A stretch of DNA of 64,000 nt from a virus, in IMG/VR virus record IMGVR_UViG_3300012039_000001; one strand, written 5' to 3'. This document shows positions 33,840-42,917 of this stretch, piece by piece (the first letter of the stretch is position 1; each line of letters begins with the position of its first letter). Under the pieces are notes generated by a model. That model saw only the letters and a list, made by a program, of their open reading frames with translations, had not been told where the DNA came from and ran no database searches. Both the position numbers and the translations under genes were made by a program.

Positions 33840-34262
33840 ATGAATAAAGAAAACATGATAAAATGGATTGAAGATCTAGAATCTGGAAAATTTGATCAAA
33901 TAAAAGGAGCTATGTGCGACAATGAAGATAGATATTGCTGTCTTGGCGTTGCTTCGTGCATAACCTGCCCACTGTCAAACAGAATTGATCCATATAGTCT
34001 TTTTGATGAGCTAGAAACAGATGGTCTCCCAGAAGCTACGGCAAATTGGTTGGAAATACGATTAGAACAAGGGGCTTTAGCTTCATTGAATGATATTGGA
34101 CTATCTTTTAACGAAATTGCTTATTTTCTGAGAAAAGATATTGAATCATATCCTGCAACAAGGTTTCTAGACAAAGACAATCTAGAGCATATAAAACTAG
34201 ATATGACTGAAAATAATGATTCATTATTAAAGAGACTTAAAAGGGAGATAGCAAATGTATAA
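33840..34262 (+). CDS. hypothetical protein, 'CCLGV' family, copy 2
   Basis: 'WIEDLESGKFDQIKGAMCDNEDRYCCLGVASCI' is paralogous to 28851..29225. Confidence 0.55.
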   Translation: MNKENMIKWIEDLESGKFDQIKGAMCDNEDRYCCLGVASCITCPLSNRIDPYSLFDELETDGLPEATANWLEIRLEQGALASLNDIGLSFNEIAYFLRKDIESYPATRFLDKDNLEHIKLDMTENNDSLLKRLKREIANV

Positions 34263-34917
34263 TTTTAATACAAAAGAAATAGAATATCTCCCGATGGACG
34301 GCGTTTTACCAAACGAGAATTATGGTAAATGGTTGATAGAAAGAGAGCCTATGCTTTTCCAATCAAATGCAGAGTTCTCCTTTAACGCTGGTGGACCCAT
34401 AACAAAAGACGTATTAGATAGGTTAAGAGCTTGCACACCAAGCAAGGTTTTTAATAAATTAAGAATAGATACAAGATCTCATATGTTAATGCCTGGATTC
34501 TTCCCATGTATCCCTGGTTATCATTGCGATTTTATGCAAACCACCGAGAGCGGGAAACAAATGATGTCCACTCATGACGAGGATATTGAACATTACATGT
34601 TTTTGTCTGGTCCTCCATCTACTGAATTTATTAAAGACAGAAATATTGTCTGGGATAAAGATATATTCACATGGAAAGAAGTTTCTAACGAAATGAATTC
34701 TAGAAAATTGGAGACTTTTAAAGTACCAACTGGCCAATTAATCAAATTCAATGCCAGAGAATTACATAGAGGAACACCACATGAAGGCCCACCTGGTCAT
34801 TGGAGATACTTTTTTAGAGCTACCAGTTTGCCAGAATGGCATCAAGATTATGGTAAATTTACAAATAAGATAAGGCATCAAGTTCAAGTATATTGCGATT
34901 TAAACGAAGGATGGTAA
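34255..34917 (+). CDS. hypothetical protein (possible cupin/2OG-Fe(II) oxygenase-like)
   Basis: 'PGYHCDF' (HxD) and a distal 'ELHRGTPH' could form a facial triad. This is only a weak motif-level guess. Confidence 0.5.
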   Translation: MYNFNTKEIEYLPMDGVLPNENYGKWLIEREPMLFQSNAEFSFNAGGPITKDVLDRLRACTPSKVFNKLRIDTRSHMLMPGFFPCIPGYHCDFMQTTESGKQMMSTHDEDIEHYMFLSGPPSTEFIKDRNIVWDKDIFTWKEVSNEMNSRKLETFKVPTGQLIKFNARELHRGTPHEGPPGHWRYFFRATSLPEWHQDYGKFTNKIRHQVQVYCDLNEGW

Positions 34918-34918
34918 C

Positions 34919-35104
34919 ATGAAAACAGTTAAAGAAACAATGACAAGAGAAGAGGTTATTGAATTAGTAAAAAGTAGTATTACAGATTTACACAACGAGA
35001 CATTATGCGATTTAATAAACGAGCAAATAGTGTGTGATATAATGAATATAGAGTATAATTACGATTCAGATAAATTTGAGGCATTAGTAGAAAAGCTTGA
35101 TTAA
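34919..35104 (+). CDS. hypothetical protein
   Basis: 61-aa acidic ORF, tightly packed. Confidence 0.45.
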   Translation: MKTVKETMTREEVIELVKSSITDLHNETLCDLINEQIVCDIMNIEYNYDSDKFEALVEKLD

Positions 35105-35120
35105 TATATGGAGAAAACAA

Positions 35121-35429
35121 ATGGCATTAAAGACTAGTATTGGAGATTTTTATTTCTATCACCCAAATCTGCCAGCGGAAGAATTGCTGCGAGAGTTCAA
35201 TATAGATGTGGGGGATAATGAATGGAGACGAACAACAGTTGTGAAGCTAATAGATAGATTCAATAGATCAGAAATTTGTAACGCTGTTAGCGTGTGCCAT
35301 AGAAAAGACAATTTCAACAAGAAAATTGGAAGAAAAATGGCATTAACAAATGCTTTAAAAATGTTAAAACTACCAAAACAAAAGAAAACAGAGATTTGGG
35401 AAAATTATAAGAAACAATTTGGGCTATAA
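35121..35429 (+). CDS. hypothetical protein
   Basis: ATG 35121 with GGAG at 35110-35113. 'CHRKDNFNKKIGRKMALTNALK' resembles a motif common in phage proteins. Confidence 0.5.
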   Translation: MALKTSIGDFYFYHPNLPAEELLREFNIDVGDNEWRRTTVVKLIDRFNRSEICNAVSVCHRKDNFNKKIGRKMALTNALKMLKLPKQKKTEIWENYKKQFGL

Positions 35430-35888
35430 ATGAAAAAAAAAGATAATAACAAAAATAAAACTAAAGGACAAAAAATTCTAGCAGTTTTAATTGGACCACC
35501 GGGTTCTGCTAAAACAACATACGCTTGTAACACATTAAATAATTTTATGCATATAAATCAAGATCTCCAAGGTAGGTCTGGGCATTATTTAAAATTTCTA
35601 AAAGCATTATTAGATGGCGAACCTAAAATTGTAATAGATCGTTTAAATTTCAATATTTTTCAAAGATCAAAATATGTTATACCAGCACGCTATTTGAATT
35701 ACAAAATATCTTATTATCTGTTTAACGTAGATCCTAGTGTTTGTTCAAAAAGAATGCGTGAGAGGACAAATCACCCAACGATCAAACAAAAAGATTACAA
35801 AACACAGAAAAAGGTTTTAGAATTTTATTATAAAGAGTTCGAGGAGCCGAAACCATTTGAGTATAATGAAATAATAACTGTCTTGTAA
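35430..35888 (+). CDS. P-loop kinase (AAA_33 / polynucleotide-kinase-like)
   Basis: Walker A 'LIGPPGSAKTT' close to the N-terminus of a 152-aa protein. It lies upstream of the RNA-ligase genes. Confidence 0.65.
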   Translation: MKKKDNNKNKTKGQKILAVLIGPPGSAKTTYACNTLNNFMHINQDLQGRSGHYLKFLKALLDGEPKIVIDRLNFNIFQRSKYVIPARYLNYKISYYLFNVDPSVCSKRMRERTNHPTIKQKDYKTQKKVLEFYYKEFEEPKPFEYNEIITVL

Positions 35889-35897
35889 AGGGAAAAT

Positions 35898-36167
35898 ATG
35901 AAAGATCCAGTCTATATAGTAAGAACAAAATTCATTGATATAATGACAGACAAGCTGACTATGGGGTACAGAATATATGATGATAACTATAGTGAATATT
36001 GCAATTCTTTAGAAGATATGCCAGAAGATGACATGGAACTTTTAAAAATAGTAAATGATAATTCACACGAAATATTATCTAATGTATTATATCTAAAAAT
36101 ACCAGTAGATATAGATGGAAATTTGTATCAATATAATGATATATCTGATGTTTTTGTTTTAAAATAA
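35898..36167 (+). CDS. hypothetical protein
   Basis: 89-aa ORF. Confidence 0.5.
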   Translation: MKDPVYIVRTKFIDIMTDKLTMGYRIYDDNYSEYCNSLEDMPEDDMELLKIVNDNSHEILSNVLYLKIPVDIDGNLYQYNDISDVFVLK

Positions 36168-36177
36168 GGATAGTAAA

Positions 36178-36558
36178 ATGGAAGAAAAATTTGACGATAT
36201 AATCCTATTTCTTAAAAATGTTTATGAAGTATTCCAGTTAGAAATAAAAGAGAATAGAGGAACTTCTACTATCCATAAAGGAGAAGAACCTCCAGTTTCG
36301 AAAACTGAGACGTGTTTTACCTGGAAGCTTAAGGGAATGATGAGCAAATTAAATCCAAATGACTATACAAAAGAAGACAAATCATGGGTAAATGATCAAA
36401 AAATACAATATTTAGAAATTAAAAGTGACCATTATGATTTTGGTTTTTGGGGATATAAAACAAGAGAAAAAGCTATAGAAGAAGCTCTAGAATTCGCTAA
36501 ACAACATGGGATAGAAGTTGATGGGTACACAATAAATGAACATATTACAAAAGCTTGA
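36178..36558 (+). CDS. hypothetical protein
   Basis: 126-aa ORF. Confidence 0.5.
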   Translation: MEEKFDDIILFLKNVYEVFQLEIKENRGTSTIHKGEEPPVSKTETCFTWKLKGMMSKLNPNDYTKEDKSWVNDQKIQYLEIKSDHYDFGFWGYKTREKAIEEALEFAKQHGIEVDGYTINEHITKA

Positions 36559-37450
36559 CAATCAGAAAGTAATACAACCTCCTAAATGGTTATTAAATAA
36601 TATATGTTACTCTACTTATATGGGTTCTGTTATTTACGGAGTCAGTAGCGATTTGTCTGACTGTGATATATACGGTTTCTGTATTCCACCAAAAGAAGAA
36701 GTATTTCCCCATCTTAGGGGAGAAATATCGGGGTTTGGTAGACAAATAAAACGATTTGAACAGTATCAACAGTCTCATATTAAATTTAATGATAGAGTAT
36801 ATGATATAAATATATATAATATCGTGAAGTTTTTCAATCTATGTATGGAAAATAATCCAAATATGATAGACTGTTTGTTCGTTCCATTAAATTGTATAGT
36901 ATCATCAACACAAGTGGGCAACTTGGTCAGAGAAAATAGAAAAATATTCCTTCATAAGGGTTGCTGGCATAAATTTAAAGGGTATTCATACGCACAATTA
37001 AATAAACTAAATTCAAAAGAACCAATAGGAAAAAGAAAAGAGACTATAGATAAGTATGGATGGGACACAAAATTTGGATATCACGTTGCCAGATTGTTAG
37101 ATGAGTGCGAACAAATATTATTATTTGGAGATTTAGATCTACAAAGAAGTAAAGAATATTTAAAAGCAATTCGCAGGGGGGAAGTCTCTAAAGAAAGTTT
37201 AATACAGTGGTTCCAAGACAAAGAAAAACAACTAGAAAAGATATATCATGAAAGTCAAACAATACCATATTCTCCTGATGAAGAAAAAATAAAAGCATTA
37301 TTATTTCAGTGTTTAGAGATACATTATGGTAATATAGACAATTGTGTTAAAAAAGAACAAATAAAAGAAACAGATATAATAGAGGCTTTAGAAAAAGCAA
37401 TAGAAATTATAAGGAATAAAAGTGAAAGAAATATGGAAACCAATTCCTAA
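36536..37450 (+). CDS. Pol-beta-superfamily nucleotidyltransferase (RlaP-like, RNA-ligase-associated)
   Basis: 'YMGSVIYGVSSDLSDCDIYGFCIPP' is the G-S...D-x-D nucleotidyltransferase motif in the arrangement typical of the RlaP family. 304 aa. Confidence 0.6.
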   Translation: MNILQKLDNQKVIQPPKWLLNNICYSTYMGSVIYGVSSDLSDCDIYGFCIPPKEEVFPHLRGEISGFGRQIKRFEQYQQSHIKFNDRVYDINIYNIVKFFNLCMENNPNMIDCLFVPLNCIVSSTQVGNLVRENRKIFLHKGCWHKFKGYSYAQLNKLNSKEPIGKRKETIDKYGWDTKFGYHVARLLDECEQILLFGDLDLQRSKEYLKAIRRGEVSKESLIQWFQDKEKQLEKIYHESQTIPYSPDEEKIKALLFQCLEIHYGNIDNCVKKEQIKETDIIEALEKAIEIIRNKSERNMETNS

Positions 37451-37928
37451 TTACGAAGAATTATATAAAATATCTAATTATGGAAAAATAATAAATAAAT
37501 TTAAAAAAATATTATGTCTAAATATCCATAAAAGTGGACATCTTTATATTAAATTATGTAAAAATAGCAAATATAAATCCTTCCAGATACATAGATTGGT
37601 CTTAGAAACTTTTGTCAGCCCATGTCCTCTGAATATGGAATGTCGTCACCTTAATGGAAATCCAGCAGATAATAGATTAGAAAATTTAAAATGGGGAACG
37701 AGATCTGAAAATGTTAGAGACGCTATTAAGCATAAAACACATAGCAATCCACCAACATACACAGGGTCTAATCATCCAATGTCTGTAATAAATGAAAAAC
37801 AGGCTAGGATAATTAAATGGTTATTGAAAGATGGGTATTTAAAACAAAGTGAAATGGCAAGAATATTCAATATTAATAAATCTATAGTATCTGATATAAA
37901 ATTTAAAAGAACATGGATAAATGTATAA
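37422..37928 (+). CDS. HNH homing endonuclease (NUMOD4 + HNH_3 type)
   Basis: 'EIWKPIPNYEELYKISNYGKI' (NUMOD4-like) and 'HRLVLETF...HLNGNPADNRLENLKWGTRSEN' (HNH_3). GTG start overlaps the upstream gene end. Confidence 0.8.
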   Translation: MKEIWKPIPNYEELYKISNYGKIINKFKKILCLNIHKSGHLYIKLCKNSKYKSFQIHRLVLETFVSPCPLNMECRHLNGNPADNRLENLKWGTRSENVRDAIKHKTHSNPPTYTGSNHPMSVINEKQARIIKWLLKDGYLKQSEMARIFNINKSIVSDIKFKRTWINV

Positions 37929-37956
37929 ATAAAATCTATAATAAGGAACAAGCAAA

Positions 37957-38319
37957 ATGAGCGAATGGCAAGAAGTAGGGCGAATAGGAGTTGATGCTGG
38001 TTGTATAATGATCTCGGACCCTTGTTACTCTGCTACTCCTGATTGTAACAGTCATCCCGCTAAGACTTGGCAAGAATTCTGCGAGTTATTAGATAAAGGA
38101 GAATTTTATAAAAATGGGTTTCAACAATTAAACTACAAAGGAGGACACTCTGGACTGGGAGTAGTTGTCGAAAGTGGTTATGGAGATGGTTGCTATCCTG
38201 TTTTTGTTAAAAAGAATAAAGAAGGAAGAGTAATAGAAGCTAAGGTCGTTTTTGATGATATAAATGAAGAAGAAAATTATGAAGAAGATAATGATCCATA
38301 CGGTAGAGACGAGATATGA
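37957..38319 (+). CDS. hypothetical protein (DUF4241-like pattern)
   Basis: 'GVDAGCIMISDP' and 'GYGDGCYPVFV' motifs. Family assignment is tentative. Confidence 0.5.
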   Translation: MSEWQEVGRIGVDAGCIMISDPCYSATPDCNSHPAKTWQEFCELLDKGEFYKNGFQQLNYKGGHSGLGVVVESGYGDGCYPVFVKKNKEGRVIEAKVVFDDINEEENYEEDNDPYGRDEI

Positions 38320-38573
38320 AAAATAAAATCAAAATAGAGATCGAAAAATTAAGTAATCAATTAGATATATATCCAATAGAGTTAAGGTTGGCAAAATATT
38401 ATTCTAAAATTATTAATTCAAGAGAATTACTAGATCTGTTTGATAAAACAGAATTCACTCCATTTTTAATAAAACTTTATTACGCAATGTGGTCTTTCAA
38501 TATAGATTTAACCGATGAAGAAAGGCAAAAAATTCCCGTTATTAATCCTTACCAAATAATTGGAGAAAATTAA
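38316..38573 (+). CDS. hypothetical protein
   Basis: 85-aa ORF with overlapping start and stop on both sides. Confidence 0.5.
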   Translation: MKNKIKIEIEKLSNQLDIYPIELRLAKYYSKIINSRELLDLFDKTEFTPFLIKLYYAMWSFNIDLTDEERQKIPVINPYQIIGEN

Positions 38574-39526
38574 TGTCTACTCATGAATGCAAAGTAATAA
38601 AAATAAAACTTGAGCCTTTTCCAGAGACGGAAAAACTTGCAAAAGTAATTGTAAACGGAGAACAGATAATAGTTAGAAGAGATCAATGGCAAGAAAATCA
38701 ACTTGCTATTTATATTGAAGCAGATTATGTTTGCCCAGATACAGAAATGTTTAAGTTTTTAAGTGGACACATGAGAATAAAACCGAGAAGATTTTGTGGA
38801 GAATGGTCTAATGGATTGTTGATTCCAGCGCCGGAAGGAGCTAAAGAGGGCGAAGACTGGATGGAAAAGCTTGGTATAGTGAGATACGATCCTGAAATGC
38901 ACTTCTCTACTCGAACTGATGGAATTTCTGGACCGCCAGGACTTATTTCTCCAAAATATGACATAGAAAATTTTAGAAAATACAAAAATCTATTTCAAGA
39001 AGGAGAAGAAGTAGTAGTTACGGAAAAAATACATGGAGCAAGTAGTAAATTCACTTGCGTAAATGAAACTATGTATATAGGCTCAAGAAATGGGTGGAAA
39101 AAAGAAGATCCAAAAAGCACATTTTGGAGAGCATATGAGCAGAATAAATCAATTGAAGGTTGGTGCAGACATAACGAAGGATTAATATTATACGGGGAAG
39201 TATTTGGATCGTCTGTGCAAAATATGAAATATGGAGCATTGCCTGGACAAATATTTTTCAATTGTTTTGATATAATGAAAAATGGTAATTGGTTAAATTA
39301 TGACGAGGCCAGAACAATTTCTCCTGGAATAGATTGGGTGCCTGTTTTATATAGAGGACCATACATTGAAGAAAAAATAATGTCTTTAAGAAGTGGGCCA
39401 AGTACAATTTTAGGATCAGATAATATTCGTGAGGGAATTGTTATTAGACCAATTACAGAAAGAAGATGTGAGAAAATTGGGAGAGTTCAGTTTAAACTAG
39501 TTAGTGAAGAATATCTTAGCAAGTAA
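38573..39526 (+). CDS. RNA ligase (N-terminal OB-fold + nucleotidyltransferase, DraRnl/Rnl5-like)
   Basis: Motif I 'EKIHGAS' (KxxG), motif III-like 'ILYGEVFG', motif V-like 'REGIVIRP...VQFKLVS'. An N-terminal OB-like 'HECKVIKI...' segment precedes the catalytic domain. Confidence 0.75.
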   Translation: MSTHECKVIKIKLEPFPETEKLAKVIVNGEQIIVRRDQWQENQLAIYIEADYVCPDTEMFKFLSGHMRIKPRRFCGEWSNGLLIPAPEGAKEGEDWMEKLGIVRYDPEMHFSTRTDGISGPPGLISPKYDIENFRKYKNLFQEGEEVVVTEKIHGASSKFTCVNETMYIGSRNGWKKEDPKSTFWRAYEQNKSIEGWCRHNEGLILYGEVFGSSVQNMKYGALPGQIFFNCFDIMKNGNWLNYDEARTISPGIDWVPVLYRGPYIEEKIMSLRSGPSTILGSDNIREGIVIRPITERRCEKIGRVQFKLVSEEYLSK

Positions 39527-39535
39527 GGAATAAAA

Positions 39536-40039
39536 ATGAATATATGTATGGGATCTACAATTGAGTTTTTCTCAAATAAAAATAAAACAATTTTAAAAGT
39601 TTTTCAGGTTGATGCAAATATTGGTCAACTTTTTGATATGGAGCTACACAATAGATGGAATGAGAAAAAATTCGCACTGCCTTGTAATCAAGGAGATATT
39701 TTAGAAGCAATAGGAGAAAAAGTATCAAAATTGACCATAAATTCAATTCCAGTAGAAACAGAAGAAGAAAAAATAGGTATTTATTGTATAATAACAATTG
39801 ACGGTGACATTCTTGCAAATAAAGATTATCTGACAATTTCAGTATTAGCAGAAAAAATGTCTATGTGTATTGGATATACCAACACAGAAATAGAAGTAGC
39901 TTATATTCCAGATGTTCCAAAATCAAAACTATCCCGGATATTATTGAATGATTATTTAATAAATATTCCAAAAAACAGAATAAAAGATGAATCAATAAAA
40001 GAAGTGTGGTTAAATGGAAAGTCGCGTAAAGGAAAATAA
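39536..40039 (+). CDS. hypothetical protein
   Basis: 167-aa ORF. Confidence 0.5.
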   Translation: MNICMGSTIEFFSNKNKTILKVFQVDANIGQLFDMELHNRWNEKKFALPCNQGDILEAIGEKVSKLTINSIPVETEEEKIGIYCIITIDGDILANKDYLTISVLAEKMSMCIGYTNTEIEVAYIPDVPKSKLSRILLNDYLINIPKNRIKDESIKEVWLNGKSRKGK

Positions 40040-40040
40040 A

Positions 40041-41270
40041 ATGATAAAATCATTAATTGTATTTTTATGTATTCTGTGTACGAGAATAAATGCAGCTACA
40101 TACTTCGTTTCAAAAAATGATATCAACGCTAGTGATTTAAACAATGGATCTATAAATAGCCCCTGGAAAACACTTGGAAAGGCTCAAAAAATAGCTTCTC
40201 CAGGAGATACAGTATTCGTTAGGTCTGGAACATACAATGAAATGCTCAAACCAGTAAAGTCTGGAACGCCGGAAGCTAAAATAGCTTATAAAGCATATAA
40301 TGGAGAACCAGTTACTCTAGATGGACAAAATAGCAAGTCAACTGGAATAAGTTTTTCAACTCCAGCTTCCTATATAGTTATTGAAGGGTTTGAAGTAAAG
40401 AATTTTACTAGCACTGGCGTTTACTTCCAAGACTGGGGAGTTCAGTCTGTTAAAGGAATAGAAATTTCAAAATGTAAAATACGAGACAACGGAGGAGATG
40501 CTATCTCTTGTAGAAATTCTATTGATTCATTGATTGAAAATAATGAAATTTCAAACAATGGCTCTACCGCTGTCTCTATCGGTGGAAAATTAGGGTCCAC
40601 AAATTTAGTTGTTAGAGGAAATAATATTTTTCATAATGGGAAAGATGGAGTTCAAGGTGGCGGGAATGGAGTGATTATAGAAAAGAACACTATCTATGAT
40701 CAGTTTCATACAAATCAACATCAGGATGGTCTTGATCTAAGTAATATAAGTAATGTAACTATTAGATATAACACCATTTATGATACAACACAAGAAGTTT
40801 ACATACATAATCAAGAAGGACCATGCTCCAATATAAAAGTTTATGGAAATATTTTCTACACTAATAGATATGCTACAGTAAAGGGCGGACAATCTCCAGG
40901 AGTTTTCGTTGATTCTCGTTTCGCTGGGCCAGGAATTAATGGGGTAGAAATTAGCTCAAATACATTTGGTTGGACAGGCTATACTGGCGTTCGTATATTC
41001 GGGGTAGTAGATAGAATAATAATAATGAATAATATCTTCTTCGAATCAGGTATTGCTCTTGGTACAACTGGAATAACAAATGTAACATCTAATTGGAACC
41101 TATTCTATAGGTCGGTTTTACCTTCAATGGAAGGTCAAAATTCTATTCAAGGAGATCCACAATTCGTTAATTATTCTCGTCATGAAAGTTGGAACTTTAA
41201 TTTATTACCAAATAGTCCAGCTATAATAAAGGATATAGGAGCTTTAGATTATTGTAATAAGAGAGATTAA
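40041..41270 (+). CDS. secreted right-handed parallel beta-helix protein (pectate-lyase-fold, possible polysaccharide depolymerase)
   Basis: Signal peptide MIKSLIVFLCILCTRINA. 'SPWKTLGKAQKIASPGDTVFVRSGTYNE' followed by repeated '..I.N/GN.I..N...G' beta-helix turns. Confidence 0.7.
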   Translation: MIKSLIVFLCILCTRINAATYFVSKNDINASDLNNGSINSPWKTLGKAQKIASPGDTVFVRSGTYNEMLKPVKSGTPEAKIAYKAYNGEPVTLDGQNSKSTGISFSTPASYIVIEGFEVKNFTSTGVYFQDWGVQSVKGIEISKCKIRDNGGDAISCRNSIDSLIENNEISNNGSTAVSIGGKLGSTNLVVRGNNIFHNGKDGVQGGGNGVIIEKNTIYDQFHTNQHQDGLDLSNISNVTIRYNTIYDTTQEVYIHNQEGPCSNIKVYGNIFYTNRYATVKGGQSPGVFVDSRFAGPGINGVEISSNTFGWTGYTGVRIFGVVDRIIIMNNIFFESGIALGTTGITNVTSNWNLFYRSVLPSMEGQNSIQGDPQFVNYSRHESWNFNLLPNSPAIIKDIGALDYCNKRD

Positions 41271-41271
41271 A

Positions 41272-41487
41272 ATGAAAAAAGAAAAAATAAAAGTTAAGGA
41301 TTTAATTAATATATTAAAAGACTTAGACCAAGATGCTCTAATAATAATATCTCAAGACGCAGAAGGAAATGCATTTTCACCACTCTATAGTGTGGAAGAA
41401 TTATGTTACGAAGGAAGCAATGGAGATATATTTCTATTAGATGAAAAAGAAGAAGGGGAAAGAGGAATATTTTTATTTAGGCAATAA
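41272..41487 (+). CDS. hypothetical protein
   Basis: 71-aa ORF. Confidence 0.5.
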   Translation: MKKEKIKVKDLINILKDLDQDALIIISQDAEGNAFSPLYSVEELCYEGSNGDIFLLDEKEEGERGIFLFRQ

Positions 41488-41488
41488 A

Positions 41489-41746
41489 ATGACAAAATAC
41501 GAACATGAATTATATTTATCAGCAAAACATTTATTAATAGATATAGATGGGTCTCTATATAAGTTCAAGTGTCCGAAAAAATTTCGATCAATAAGATTTG
41601 AAGACATACTAGATCTAAGGAAAGTATTATATGCCTTCAAATTAGAAGAATTCAAAAAAGCTAAAAAATTAGCCTTAAATTTAGATAGTCATATTTGTGA
41701 ACTTTTACCAAAATGTATATTAGAATATGTGGATTATTTAAAATGA
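41489..41746 (+). CDS. hypothetical protein
   Basis: ATG 41489 lies 1 nt after the previous stop. Confidence 0.45.
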   Translation: MTKYEHELYLSAKHLLIDIDGSLYKFKCPKKFRSIRFEDILDLRKVLYAFKLEEFKKAKKLALNLDSHICELLPKCILEYVDYLK

Positions 41747-42495
41747 AAGATATAGCAAAAATTTTAGATTTATTTTATATAAAAGGTAGAATTATTTGTA
41801 TTGGAGATATACATTCTCAATATGACGCCTTAATGAATCTTTTAAAGAAAGTTCAATACGATGAAAAAACAGACTATTTAATAGCTTGTGGAGACCTCAT
41901 AGATAGAGGTGTCCAGCCAAAAGAAGTTCTTGGATTTTTCATGCCCGATAATCCACAAGAAGATAATAAGAGATATTCGGTATGTGGGAACCACGATTTC
42001 AAGTTGATGAGATATTTACATGGAGCCAAAATAAAAGCAGGTGAAGCTCTAAAACAAACAATAGATATACTAGAATATCAATGTAATCCAATAGAATTAG
42101 CCGTTATAGGATTATTCTTGAAGGGTCTTCCGAATATTATAAGATTACCAGACTTAAAGGGAAAACCGCTTTATTTAACTCATGCTGGAGTAGACGCTAA
42201 ATATCCAATAGACCAGCAAAAAATTCAGACGACATTGTTTGTAAGGGGAATAAATCCTAAAAATTATTTTGACGAAAGCCAAGGGGTGTGGTATGATTTC
42301 CTAGATGGCTCTTATAGAGTGGTTTCTGGACATATCGTTTCTCCAATCGTCCAGCCCAATGATAACGTGTTCTGCTTGGATAATGGGGCGTGTCACGGTG
42401 GCTCTTTAAGAGCCATGATAATTGAAAAAGACAATTTTGAAATAATAGAGATTAATTGTGCGCAGACTCCTGGTAAAACAATATCAAATTCATAG
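41743..42495 (+). CDS. PPP-family metallophosphoesterase (lambda-phosphatase/PrpE/ApaH-like)
   Basis: 'CIGDIHSQ', 'ACGDLIDRG', 'CGNHDF', 'LTHAG' and 'VSGH' form the full calcineurin-like motif set. ATGA overlap with the upstream ORF. Confidence 0.85.
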   Translation: MKDIAKILDLFYIKGRIICIGDIHSQYDALMNLLKKVQYDEKTDYLIACGDLIDRGVQPKEVLGFFMPDNPQEDNKRYSVCGNHDFKLMRYLHGAKIKAGEALKQTIDILEYQCNPIELAVIGLFLKGLPNIIRLPDLKGKPLYLTHAGVDAKYPIDQQKIQTTLFVRGINPKNYFDESQGVWYDFLDGSYRVVSGHIVSPIVQPNDNVFCLDNGACHGGSLRAMIIEKDNFEIIEINCAQTPGKTISNS

Positions 42496-42695
42496 TTGGG
42501 TAATAGGAGGATAAGATGCGAGACGAGAAAATATATATTAGATAACTTATGATTGACACCAGCGCGACATATAAATTTAAGGTAACTAATAATAGCTGGT
42601 GATAACGAGTTGAGCTTAATAAGACGATGTAATCAACTTATATACCTGAAAAGTGATTTTACGTTTTACAAAAACATGATAAAAATGGAGAAAAT

Positions 42696-42917
42696 TTGAA
42701 AAAAGATCAGATTTGCACGATATGTGGGGAGAAAATAGTGTGCATGGTTCCTGTATACAAAATGTTTAAAGCAGAACTTTTAGCCAGTGGTGACTTAATA
42801 TATGATTTTAAAGAGAACCATCTAGTCCACCTTACATGTTTTAGTCCTCCACTTTTTGTTAAAAAAGAAATAAATAAGCCAGACAACGATTGGTTAGATG
42901 GAGTAGTTAATGAATAA
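42696..42917 (+). CDS. small Cys/His protein
   Basis: TTG start follows GGAG. 'CTICGEKIVC ... HLVHLTC' is a possible zinc site. It overlaps the start of the BrxL-like gene. Confidence 0.45.
   Translation: MKKDQICTICGEKIVCMVPVYKMFKAELLASGDLIYDFKENHLVHLTCFSPPLFVKKEINKPDNDWLDGVVNE

Noticed and set aside
42553-42575. Possible sigma-70 promoter (TTGACA at 42553-42558, TATAAA at 42570-42575)
   Set aside because: The spacer is only about 11-12 nt against the ~17 nt optimum, and AT-rich sequence produces TATAAA-like hexamers by chance. It is left as part of the intergenic-gap observation only.
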